From: Candidatus Altiarchaeales archaeon
GTDB taxonomy: Archaea > Altiarchaeota > Altiarchaeia > IMC4 > SCGC-AAA252-I15
Assembly: GCA_014727915.1 (NCBI GenBank)
Contig: WJMO01000009.1
Location: 103,943-167,942, forward strand
Direction of reading: 5' to 3'
Length of the DNA stretch: 64,000 nt
Part shown: in pieces, positions 1 to 8,493 of the stretch
Layout: each line of letters opens with the position of its first letter
Position numbering within the stretch: position 1 is the first letter of the stretch
Made by a program: the position numbers and the translations under genes
The notes under the pieces: generated by a model
What the model was told of the DNA's origin: nothing
Database searches by the model: none
Seen by the model: the letters and a program-made list of their open reading frames with translations, nothing else

Positions 1-191
1 TTACGATAAGCTTCGGCTCATCCTACGTGGCTGAGAACTACTTCAACAACGACCTGCTGAAGGCTTCGGCGGAGCCGGCCCTCATATTCGGGGCTCTGGC
101 GTTCAGCTTCATAGTCGGATGCCTCTCCGGGCTGCTGCCTTCGATGAAGGCTGCCAGGATGAGGCCGGTTGATGCGATAAGGTACAGGTAA
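1..191 (+). CDS. ABC transporter permease, MacB/FtsX family (3' partial)
   Basis: Frame 3 reads ...IFGALAFSFIVGCLSGLLPSMKAARMRPVDAIRYR* (stop 189-191); paralogous to the C-terminus of the next gene. Not in the ORF track. Confidence 0.9.
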   Translation, partial: TISFGSSYVAENYFNNDLLKASAEPALIFGALAFSFIVGCLSGLLPSMKAARMRPVDAIRYR

Positions 192-193
192 AG

Positions 194-1402
194 ATGATAT
201 GGGACTATTTCAATCTGGCGGTGAAGAACATCACGAAGAAGGGAGTCCGCAGCTGGCTGACCATGCTGGGCATATTCGTCGGCATAGCCGCGGTTGTGTC
301 CCTCGTCTCTCTCGGCCAGGGCTTGGAGGACGCTATAATGGACCAGTTCGCCCAGATGGGCTTTGACGTGGTGATGATAATGCCCGGCTCATCATACGGC
401 CAGAGCTTCGGGTCCACCAAGCTCACCGAACACGACGAGGACCTCGTAATGGGTGTTCGGGGCATCGATAACATGGCTCCCATGCTCACGAAGATATCCA
501 AGGTGACTTACAGGAAGGAGGTGGAGTACACGTGGGTGTCGGGCATCCCCTACGATGACAGGTTCAACGTCTTTGAGACCATGCAGGGCCTTGACCTTAT
601 CGAGGGCAGCATACCCAAGGCCAACGAGAAATACAAGGTCCTGATAGGGTACCTCCTCGCCGAAGGAGACTACTTCAACGATAACCCGCTGAAGGTGGGA
701 GACAAGATAGTGGTCGAAGGGCGTGAGTTCAAGGTCGCGGGGGTGATGGGGGAGATAGGCAACGAGCAGGACGACAGCCAGTTGCTCATACCCGAGGAGA
801 CAGCCAAGGAAATATTCAACGAAGAGGGCTATGACGTCTTCATGGCGAAGGTCAAGCCCGGCTTCGACCCCGCGGAGGTCGCGGAGGACATCGAGGAGAG
901 GATGCGCCGGGACAGGAACCAGGACGAGGGCGAGGAGGACTTCCAGGTCCAGACGTCCGAGCAGCTGATGGAGAGCGTCGGGGGCATACTAGGCGCGGTA
1001 CAGGCAGTACTGGTAGGAATAGCCTTGATTTCCCTGATGGTCGGCGGCATAGGCATCATGAACACCATGTATACCAGCGTTTTGGAGCGCACCCAGGAGA
1101 TAGGTGTCATGAAGGCCATCGGCGCGAGGAACCGTGACATAATGCTAATGTTCCTGGTGGAGTCCGGCATGCTCGGCGTGGTTGGGGGTCTGGTAGGTGT
1201 TGCCATAGGGCTTGGGATGAGCAAGTCAGTCGAATACTACGCCGAGGTCGCTTTGAACACCCCCTTACTCAAGGCGAGCACGTCACCCGAGATAATATTC
1301 GGGGCTCTGGCGTTCAGCTTCATAGTCGGCTGCCTGTCGGGCGTCCTGCCTGCCATGCAGGCCAGCAAGATGAGGCCGGTGGAAGCCCTAAGATACGAGT
1401 AG
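194..1402 (+). CDS. ABC transporter permease, MacB/FtsX family
   Basis: N-terminal RSWLTMLGIFVGIAAVV TM, extracellular domain, GGIGIMNTMYTSVLERTQEIGVMKAIGA motif, C-terminal PVEALRYE. Confidence 0.95.
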   Translation: MIWDYFNLAVKNITKKGVRSWLTMLGIFVGIAAVVSLVSLGQGLEDAIMDQFAQMGFDVVMIMPGSSYGQSFGSTKLTEHDEDLVMGVRGIDNMAPMLTKISKVTYRKEVEYTWVSGIPYDDRFNVFETMQGLDLIEGSIPKANEKYKVLIGYLLAEGDYFNDNPLKVGDKIVVEGREFKVAGVMGEIGNEQDDSQLLIPEETAKEIFNEEGYDVFMAKVKPGFDPAEVAEDIEERMRRDRNQDEGEEDFQVQTSEQLMESVGGILGAVQAVLVGIALISLMVGGIGIMNTMYTSVLERTQEIGVMKAIGARNRDIMLMFLVESGMLGVVGGLVGVAIGLGMSKSVEYYAEVALNTPLLKASTSPEIIFGALAFSFIVGCLSGVLPAMQASKMRPVEALRYE

Positions 1403-1434
1403 TTTTTATCCTCTGTTCTGAAATATCATATGGG

Positions 1435-2481
1435 ATGAAACGTTATGTCCTATGGCTCGCGTTGGGCCTGCTGTCAATGTACCTAGTATACCTCATGATA
1501 ATACCGTTCATTGACGTTCTCGTATACAGCGTTTTCGTCTACTACATTGGCCGGCCCGTCTACAGGCGGCTTGTGAAGCGCATAAGGTCGCATGCGGTAA
1601 GCGCTTTCGTAACGCTTTTCATACTCCTGCTGCCGGTGACGTTCGTGGTAGTCTACGGCTTCGGCGTGGCAGCGGTGGAGCTTCTGAACTTCATGGACGC
1701 GGCAGGGATACCCTATGCCACGACCATCAACAGCGTCCTTGCCGAGTCCTCCTCGGTCTTGGCTGAGCTGCGACCCCAGGATATTGTTATGATGGTGGAG
1801 GAGGACCCCAACTTCCACGACCTCTGGGGCCTCTCAACCTCCCTGTTCCTCTCTGCGATGGGTGTCATTTTCAGGGTGATGCTGATGTTCACCATCGCAT
1901 TGTACCTCCTCATGGACGGCCAACACCTGAGGGACTGGGCTGTCACGGTATTCTCACCCCCTAAGAAGGACCTGACCGAGAAGTTCTTCAAGGAGGTCGA
2001 CCGCGACCTCCATGGCGTGTTCTTCGGCAGCATCATGACCGCGATGCTAATCGCCATACTCGGATCCATGCTCTTCTTCACACTCAACCAGTTCGCGCCA
2101 GCCACCCTGAGGATTCCCTACTCTGTATTGTTGGGGATGGTCTGCGGGGTTACCTCCCTCGTCCCGGCGGTTGGCGTGGCCCTCTTCTGGGTGCCGGCGT
2201 CCATTGTGATGGTAGCATACGCTTACATGAACGGCGTGCTATGGACTGAAGGATGGTTCATAATAGCATTCGCAGCCTTGACGGCAGTGTTCGTCGACTG
2301 GGGGCCGAACATCCTCTTCAAACCCCAGATAACCGGGAAGCGCATACACCCTGGTCTGATGATGATGGCCTACCTGCTCGGTCCCATAGCATTCGGCCTA
2401 GCAGGCCTCTTCATAGGCCCCATAGTATTGGTTGTCTCATTGAACTTCGCTAAAGTAGTTTTGCCCGAGATACGGCACTAG
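1435..2481 (+). CDS. AI-2E family transporter
   Basis: 348 aa polytopic membrane protein with P-x-VG, D...KP...GK...HP and FGLAGLFIGP motifs typical of AI-2E/PerM. Confidence 0.85.
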   Translation: MKRYVLWLALGLLSMYLVYLMIIPFIDVLVYSVFVYYIGRPVYRRLVKRIRSHAVSAFVTLFILLLPVTFVVVYGFGVAAVELLNFMDAAGIPYATTINSVLAESSSVLAELRPQDIVMMVEEDPNFHDLWGLSTSLFLSAMGVIFRVMLMFTIALYLLMDGQHLRDWAVTVFSPPKKDLTEKFFKEVDRDLHGVFFGSIMTAMLIAILGSMLFFTLNQFAPATLRIPYSVLLGMVCGVTSLVPAVGVALFWVPASIVMVAYAYMNGVLWTEGWFIIAFAALTAVFVDWGPNILFKPQITGKRIHPGLMMMAYLLGPIAFGLAGLFIGPIVLVVSLNFAKVVLPEIRH

Positions 2482-2514
2482 CTTTTTTACCGAGTTCTTT
2501 CCTAATATTCAAGG

Positions 2515-3900
2515 ATGGAAGAGGATTTCGGCGAATGGTACCGGCGCATGCTCTCCGAGAACATGCTTGTCGACGACCGCTATGACGTCAAGGGAATGCT
2601 AGTGTACCGCGGGGCTGGGATGCGCATTATCAAGCAGATGAGCCGATACCTCGAGGACCTGCTGGAAGAGGACGGCCACGAGCCCACCCTGTTCCCACTT
2701 CTCATACCCGAGACGTTGTTGGACATGGAGAAGGAGCACATCGCAGGCTTCGAGGACGAGGTGTACTGGGTGACCCACGCGGGAGGCAACCCTGTTGAAA
2801 GGCGTCTCGCCCTCCGCCCCACGAGCGAGACCTGCATGTATCCGATGTTCGCGCTGTGGACTCGCACATTCGCAGACCTGCCCATCAAAGTCCATCAGAC
2901 CACTACTGTCTACAGGAATGATACGAAGCAGACCAGGCCGCTGATAAGGACGAGGGAGATACTCTGGAACGAGGGCCACACCGCCTTCGCCACCCGCGAA
3001 GAAGCGTTGCAGAACATCGAGACCATAACCAGGATCTACACTGAACTCATCACCGGCCTCTGTTGTGTTCCCGTGCAGGTGAACAGGCGCCCCGACTGGG
3101 ACAAGTTCCCCGGCGCAGAGTACACAATCGCATTCGACGCCATTATGCCGGATGGGAAGACCCTTCAGGTGGCGACCATACACAACCTGGGCCAGCACTT
3201 CAGCAATGTCTTCAAAATACAATTCGACGACGAAGGCGGGAACAAGAAACTTGCCTGGCAGACATCATATGGCCCCGGCTTCGGCAGGTTATTGGCGTCG
3301 GTGGTTTCCGTCCACGGCGACGGCAAAGGCATGGTATTGCCTCCAAGACTCGCATCAGTACAGGCGGTGATAATCCCTATCGTGTTCAAGGACGCGGACA
3401 AAGGGAAGGTCACCGACTACGTACAAAAGGTTGTGGAAAAGCTGAAATCCTCTGGCATATCCTATAAGGTCGACGACGGCGACGACCGCCCTGGCGCCAA
3501 ATATTATAAGTGGGAGTTGCGGGGCGTGCCAGTCCGCTTGGAGGTGGGTCCGAGGGACGTCGAGAAGGACGCGGTGATGGTGGTCCGCAGGGACACTGGA
3601 GAAAAGCAGAGCGTGAAGCTAAAAGACCTGGACCTGCAGAAGACGTTCAAGGGCATGGAGGAGAACATCCGGTCTAAGGCAAGGGAGAACTTCGACTCCC
3701 GCATATTCACAGCCGACACCCTAGCCGACCTTGAAGAGAATCTGGGCGAGGGCATCGTAACCGTAAGCTGGTGCGAGAAGAACGAGTGCGCGAAACCCCT
3801 CGAAGAAAAAGGCACCATACTCTCGATTCTCGACGACGAGGGCGAATGCATCGTCTGCGGCAAGAAGGGCAAACAGGTACGGATGGCAAAAACCTACTGA
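2515..3900 (+). CDS. proS: Proline--tRNA ligase, archaeal/eukaryotic type
   Basis: EKEHIAGFEDEVYWVTHAG, LALRPTSET, RPLIRTREI..EGHTAF, GVPVRLEVGPRD anticodon domain, C-terminal Cys motif ending AKTY. Confidence 0.97.
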   Translation: MEEDFGEWYRRMLSENMLVDDRYDVKGMLVYRGAGMRIIKQMSRYLEDLLEEDGHEPTLFPLLIPETLLDMEKEHIAGFEDEVYWVTHAGGNPVERRLALRPTSETCMYPMFALWTRTFADLPIKVHQTTTVYRNDTKQTRPLIRTREILWNEGHTAFATREEALQNIETITRIYTELITGLCCVPVQVNRRPDWDKFPGAEYTIAFDAIMPDGKTLQVATIHNLGQHFSNVFKIQFDDEGGNKKLAWQTSYGPGFGRLLASVVSVHGDGKGMVLPPRLASVQAVIIPIVFKDADKGKVTDYVQKVVEKLKSSGISYKVDDGDDRPGAKYYKWELRGVPVRLEVGPRDVEKDAVMVVRRDTGEKQSVKLKDLDLQKTFKGMEENIRSKARENFDSRIFTADTLADLEENLGEGIVTVSWCEKNECAKPLEEKGTILSILDDEGECIVCGKKGKQVRMAKTY

Positions 3901-4088
3901 ATATCTATAAAAAATCCGTTTTTTTCCCACAATAGTTTTGAAAGCTCCTTGATGCCAACCTAAAACGCTCCTCCACACTCACAAAAAAACCCATAAACAG
4001 GAAGTTCACAAACCATCTAAAAAAACTCCGCCATAGAGCGCCCGAAAACTAAAAAACGATCAAAAAGACCGCAAAACCCTTGTTAATT

Positions 4089-4108
4089 GGAAGTTGAAAA
4101 AGTGCGCC
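4089..4108. repeat. Inverted repeat, left arm (GGAAGTTGAAAAAGTGCGCC)
   Basis: Its reverse complement matches 4725-4744 at 19 of 20 positions. Confidence 0.9.
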
Positions 4109-4148
4109 TATGGGATATTTTATATAGGTAATAACATCTTAAGAAAAT

Positions 4149-4712
4149 ATGGAAATGGGAAAAAGGCTATATGTGACTAATAGAAAACAATGGCGTTCAT
4201 GGCTCGCTAAAAACCATAACAAAGAAAAAGAAATCTGGCTCGTTTATTATAGAAAATCGTCTGGCCAAAAAAGGATTCCTTACAATGATGCCGTTGAAGA
4301 GGCGCTTTGTTATGGTTGGATAGACAGCACTTTGAAACGTATGGATGAAAATAGTTTTGCTCAAAGATTTACTCCCAGAAGACCAAATAGTGTGCTCTCC
4401 CAAACCAACAAAGAACGTATCCACAGACTTATTGAAGAAAAGAAAATGACCGTTAAAGGTCTCAATGCTGTTAGGCATGCGTTTGATGAATCATCAAAAA
4501 ATCCAAAATGCATAATCAAAGGTGATATTCTCAGATCATTAAAGGAAGATAAAACAACCTGGGAGAACTTCCGGAAATTCCCCGAGTCATACAAGCGTAT
4601 CCGTATAGGGTGGATAGAAGGGGCCAGAACTCGCCCTGAAATCTTTAAGAAGAGGCTAGAATATTTTCTTAAGATGACTGCAAAGAATAAAAGATATGGT
4701 ATGGTGCAGTAA
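4149..4712 (+). CDS. YdeI/OmpD-associated family protein
   Basis: WRSWLAKNH...EIWLVYY, AVEEALCYGWIDS, QRFTPRRP and a C-terminal OmdA-like WIEGARTRPE..KKRL; markedly more AT-rich than the flanking genes. Confidence 0.9.
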   Translation: MEMGKRLYVTNRKQWRSWLAKNHNKEKEIWLVYYRKSSGQKRIPYNDAVEEALCYGWIDSTLKRMDENSFAQRFTPRRPNSVLSQTNKERIHRLIEEKKMTVKGLNAVRHAFDESSKNPKCIIKGDILRSLKEDKTTWENFRKFPESYKRIRIGWIEGARTRPEIFKKRLEYFLKMTAKNKRYGMVQ

Positions 4713-4724
4713 TAGCTTAATGAC

Positions 4725-4744
4725 GGCGCACTTTTCCAACTTCC
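4725..4744. repeat. Inverted repeat, right arm (GGCGCACTTTTCCAACTTCC)
   Basis: Pairs with 4089-4108 (19/20). Confidence 0.9.
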
Positions 4745-4987
4745 TCGGCTTACGCCTCGAACTCTAGCGAGGAAACTATCAGCACCTAACCGGCAATTCC
4801 TAACGTAATTGTCCGAATCGCCTCCTTCCAGTCGGCGACTCCGTTTACCCGCACTTGTTATCTGGCATGCCGGCGGTATTTCTTATTGGTATATGCGTGA
4901 TCTCAAAGACCGTTTCCAGCATGCTTGCTGAAGAAGTGAAGTGATGCTTGTTAGGGGCTTCGAGCGGCTGTTTGCCCCCGTTCGTTT

Positions 4988-5410
4988 TCAGATGCCTTTG
5001 GGGTATTTTCCGTCTGATTGCATCAGGAGGAAGAGTTTCATCTCGAGGTTCCTCTCTCCTTCCCCTGGTAATCTTTCGTTGGGGACTATGTTGATCTTGT
5101 TGCGGGGGTTGCCTTTCTCGTTGTTGCCCTGGTTGGTGAAGAACCCTTCTATCTCGTCCCTTTTTACTCTGTTTAGATTGGTTACTATTGTGTAGGTGTT
5201 CGTACCGGTTTCAGAATCGCTGCTCTTCCCTACTACTACCATGGAATTAAGCACTTCACTGGGTATGCCCAGTTTCCCCCCCCTTTCAGCTATGTCTTTT
5301 TCGTAAGAGAATAAGCCCATCTGCTCCGGCTTTCCGGTTTCGACGATCCTCCTGGCCATGCCCTGTACTTCCGGCGGGTTGTCTTCCATCCTCCGTTTGA
5401 AAACATCCAT
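4988..5410 (-). CDS. Hypothetical protein
   Basis: 140 aa ORF with an AGGTGA SD-like site (5416-5421, minus) and a TATA-like element upstream; no recognisable motif. Confidence 0.7.
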   Translation of the reverse strand: MDVFKRRMEDNPPEVQGMARRIVETGKPEQMGLFSYEKDIAERGGKLGIPSEVLNSMVVVGKSSDSETGTNTYTIVTNLNRVKRDEIEGFFTNQGNNEKGNPRNKINIVPNERLPGEGERNLEMKLFLLMQSDGKYPKGI

Positions 5411-5498
5411 TTATTTCACCTGATTAACATTGGAACCCTGAGGGTATAAATGAGATTGGCCTTCGGGATTAATAGGCTTGGTTTCCTGATATAATATC

Positions 5499-5972
5499 AT
5501 GGCTCTGGCTCAGAGAGGACATTCCGGCCCTAACGTTAAGTTGATGCCTGACTTGGATGTCTCTTCAGGCGGGGGCAAACCCAAGGTACTTCTCGTGGAG
5601 GACAACGACAAGATCCGGAAACTATGGGGTGAGAGCCTGGAACACTACGGGTTCACTCCCATATTGGCCTCGGATGGGGCTGAAGGCCTGGAGAGGTTCA
5701 GGGGCGAACCCGGCGTTCAAGCCGTGATAACCGACTATCAGACACCCCGGATGAACGGTTTGCAGTTGGCGGAGGCGATAAAGCAGTCCAGCCCCGATGT
5801 GGGGGTGATATTGGCTTCAGGGTCTTCCGAGCTGATCTCTAGGTTCGAGGCTGTCGAGCATGACCCGAAGAGGCTTGACCCCCACATCGACCACTTCTTC
5901 AGCAAACCCGTGGACTTTGACAACGAAATCATACCCTTACTGGGGGAGATGACAAAGAATACTAGCATTTGA
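5499..5972 (+). CDS. Stand-alone response regulator receiver (CheY-like) with N-terminal extension
   Basis: KVLLVEDND acidic pocket, VITDYQTPRMNG phospho-Asp, ILASG and FSKP motifs. Confidence 0.92.
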   Translation: MALAQRGHSGPNVKLMPDLDVSSGGGKPKVLLVEDNDKIRKLWGESLEHYGFTPILASDGAEGLERFRGEPGVQAVITDYQTPRMNGLQLAEAIKQSSPDVGVILASGSSELISRFEAVEHDPKRLDPHIDHFFSKPVDFDNEIIPLLGEMTKNTSI

Positions 5973-5976
5973 TCTT

Positions 5977-7314
5977 TCACACGCTGTGCCATCCGCCCTC
6001 TGCCTGCTCTATGCCCGGGTGGGTGAGGGTTATACTGTCACCGTCTCCCTCGTATCTTACTATGTTGTTGTTGGATTGGCCCAGGCGAATTGTGACGGTG
6101 TCTCCGGGCTTCTCCAAGGGCTCTACGTTGTTGAATGTTATGTAAGCCAGCTTCTCGCCGCAGTCGCATTCACCAGGCTCTGGGCAACGATAGGCTAGCG
6201 AGGACCCTATGTTCCTAGTCCTACCGTACTTGTCCTCTATGACCTCGAAGTGGCCTCTTGATGATTCCCCGTCCGACTTGTTGAATAACATGGTTTTATC
6301 GTATGCGCTGCGCGGCCTTTCCATGCAGGCCAGGCTCCTGTTATCAAGGGATTTGAAGTACCACCTGCAGATGTAGTGCAGTTTAGCGTTGTATCTGCTG
6401 TCCCTATGCCACATGCACTCCCTCTCCGCAACCTGGAGTAGGGGCGTTTCCGGTTCGATCAGTGGTTTAGGCAGGCATTTGAAGTGTCTTACCATCTTCA
6501 CGTAATGCCTGTTGGTGTAGGTGTTTATAGTCTCCTTGTTATCCCAGTTTATCACTATGTACCCGTAGCCCAGCCTGAAGTGGACCTCGATCTTGGCGTC
6601 ACCGGGGCTCTCGCACCGCATGTGATTTATGTCAAGCACGTAGGAGCCGTCTATTGAAGTGTACGGTTCTTTCTCCCATCCCAGATTCTTGAGCGGGGAG
6701 CCCTGTCCCTTGAAGATGCCCCACACCTGGATGCTCGGCGCGACAAGCTGGTATAGCATGTCTGGTATATACATCCTGTCCGATTTTTTCATGATCTCCT
6801 CCCGGTCCACAGTCACTTTCAGCTTCGCGTCCACCGTCTCCCCCTCAAGGGTATCCCCAGCATCCAGGTCGAGGTTGAAGAAGCCGTCGGAAAAATTCCC
6901 GAGACCCTCGACTATGAGGTCGCTGAAATGGCCAAGGGTTAAAGTGGCTTTCAACCTGTCATCGTCTATGGTGATGTATGCATCTTCCACAGCCTCCACA
7001 TTATCCTCCGATATCGTGTAGAAAACCGGAAGACGGCCGGTGTATGCTCCGAGGTCGACTGTCAGGTTAACGGGTTTTTCGAACTTCAGCCCGTCGGGCT
7101 GCAGACGGTAGACCCTCCTGCTGCCTGACTCCACTAGTTCAACGCTAAGGCCGTTCGATCCCATTCCGTCAGGCATGGCGCCGGCGGGTATGTCCAACCG
7201 CGCATCCGGGAATGTAAGGGAGGCGTCCTCAGTGTCCGAGGGTTCCTTGTCTATGCTTTGGGGTCCCTGGCAGAGGCACCCTGAGACCAGGACCATTAAC
7301 ACAAGCCATCGCAT
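5977..7314 (-). CDS. Secreted/lipoprotein-like protein with ZU5-like N-terminal region
   Basis: Likely start MRWLVLMVLVSGCLCQG (lipobox-like). LDIPAGA...YRLQPDGLKFEKPVNLT...LGHFS resembles ZU5/GAIN-type beta domains. Confidence 0.7.
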   Translation of the reverse strand: MRWLVLMVLVSGCLCQGPQSIDKEPSDTEDASLTFPDARLDIPAGAMPDGMGSNGLSVELVESGSRRVYRLQPDGLKFEKPVNLTVDLGAYTGRLPVFYTISEDNVEAVEDAYITIDDDRLKATLTLGHFSDLIVEGLGNFSDGFFNLDLDAGDTLEGETVDAKLKVTVDREEIMKKSDRMYIPDMLYQLVAPSIQVWGIFKGQGSPLKNLGWEKEPYTSIDGSYVLDINHMRCESPGDAKIEVHFRLGYGYIVINWDNKETINTYTNRHYVKMVRHFKCLPKPLIEPETPLLQVAERECMWHRDSRYNAKLHYICRWYFKSLDNRSLACMERPRSAYDKTMLFNKSDGESSRGHFEVIEDKYGRTRNIGSSLAYRCPEPGECDCGEKLAYITFNNVEPLEKPGDTVTIRLGQSNNNIVRYEGDGDSITLTHPGIEQAEGGWHSV

Positions 7315-7349
7315 AAAAAAGAATAACGGGAGAAACATTAAAAATCAGT

Positions 7350-7607
7350 TCATTCGAACCAGTCGGGGTTCTTCAGCTGTGTGGTCTCGTTGATGATCTC
7401 CTTGACGGTGTACTTCTCGTCGCGTGTGCCATTATGCATTATATGCCTCAGAGCGTCTAATTCTGCTTCAGATAGTCTTTCCTCTCTTTTCCGGAGCTTT
7501 CCCTGGGCAAGGTCCGTCGTCAGACGCCGGAATATCATCCGGGGGCTGGGAAGCTTGGAAGCAGGCACCTCCTCCCTCCTGGGGTCCCTCCTCTTCTCCT
7601 CCACCAT
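7350..7607 (-). CDS. Small hypothetical protein
   Basis: Likely start MVEEKRRDP; fills the gap between neighbouring genes; TATA-like TTTAAA upstream. Confidence 0.6.
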   Translation of the reverse strand: MVEEKRRDPRREEVPASKLPSPRMIFRRLTTDLAQGKLRKREERLSEAELDALRHIMHNGTRDEKYTVKEIINETTQLKNPDWFE

Positions 7608-7679
7608 GTTATGTATTGACGAGTACATGTTAAAGAATTTTAAACATCGATTCTTATCTTCTGAAACCCATCTTTACAC

Positions 7680-8486
7680 ATGCGTGTTGCGGTTTCCACC
7701 ACCCACAGGCTCCACCTGTCAGCGGAGAACGCGGTTTGTGAATTGCACCCGCTTGGCTTCAATGACATCCAGCTGGGCCTGCCACACTACAATGCAGACC
7801 TTGATAATCTGGTTAGGATCCGGGATTGGCTCGGTTTGACCTATACCGTCCACGGGCCGTTCCCCGCGGAGAGGGGTTTCATCTGCAACGCCGCAGCCGT
7901 CGATGACAGCGTGTTCGAGAAGACCCGGGGGATATTCACCTCAACCCTGGAAAATGCCGGAAGACTCGGGGCGGGGTTGGTAGTCTTCCACGTTGCCGAG
8001 CCAGGGCATGAGAACAGCCTCGAATCGTCCATCGAGATGTTCAAGCTATTGGCTGGAAAAGCCGAAAAGGAGGATATGGTCGTTTGCGTTGAGAACAAGA
8101 TGCCCAACTCGGACGTTGGATTCTCACCGGACGACATACGCAGACTGCTGGAGGAGGTCGGCTCCGACCACCTGGGCATATGCTTCGACACCGGCCACGC
8201 CATCGCCTCAATGGGGTCGGAGAGGAAGGCGCTGGATTTCATGGACTCGTTCAAGGAGCAGATACGAGACGTTCACATAGTGCCCGGGACCTATGAGTGG
8301 GACGTGGCCACGCCACCCCAGCTTGAACCCCACTTCTACAGGGGAGTCGTGAGGATACTCGATGGAGTAGGGTATCCTGGTAACCTTACCATCGAGGCCG
8401 TGCCTGAGATACCCGACACGGAACTGGTCCGTGGAAGCCAGTACCTGCGGGCCACGATAGTCGAACACTACCAGAACAAGATGTGA
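7680..8486 (+). CDS. Sugar phosphate isomerase/epimerase family TIM barrel (AP endonuclease 2-like)
   Basis: TVHGPF, VVFH, VCVENK, ICFDTGHA, VHI and LTIE metal-binding motifs. Confidence 0.88.
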   Translation: MRVAVSTTHRLHLSAENAVCELHPLGFNDIQLGLPHYNADLDNLVRIRDWLGLTYTVHGPFPAERGFICNAAAVDDSVFEKTRGIFTSTLENAGRLGAGLVVFHVAEPGHENSLESSIEMFKLLAGKAEKEDMVVCVENKMPNSDVGFSPDDIRRLLEEVGSDHLGICFDTGHAIASMGSERKALDFMDSFKEQIRDVHIVPGTYEWDVATPPQLEPHFYRGVVRILDGVGYPGNLTIEAVPEIPDTELVRGSQYLRATIVEHYQNKM

Positions 8487-8493
8487 AAAACGC

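Larger units (their letters stand above)
4082..4857 (+). mobile_element. Putative gene-cassette-like unit (non-canonical, integron-like)
   Basis: AT-rich single gene between two CTTGTTA motifs (4079-4085, 4854-4860), with a terminal inverted repeat and a multi-hairpin 3' site; no recombinase in the window. Confidence 0.5.

Noticed and set aside
4089-4744. IS element or MITE
   Set aside because: The enclosed gene is not a transposase and the bases outside the arms show no target-site duplication.
4784-4863. Canonical integron attC site
   Set aside because: ACCTAAC and GTTATCT are present, but they pair only at AAC/GTT and the expected L boxes do not pair; kept only as a non-canonical candidate.
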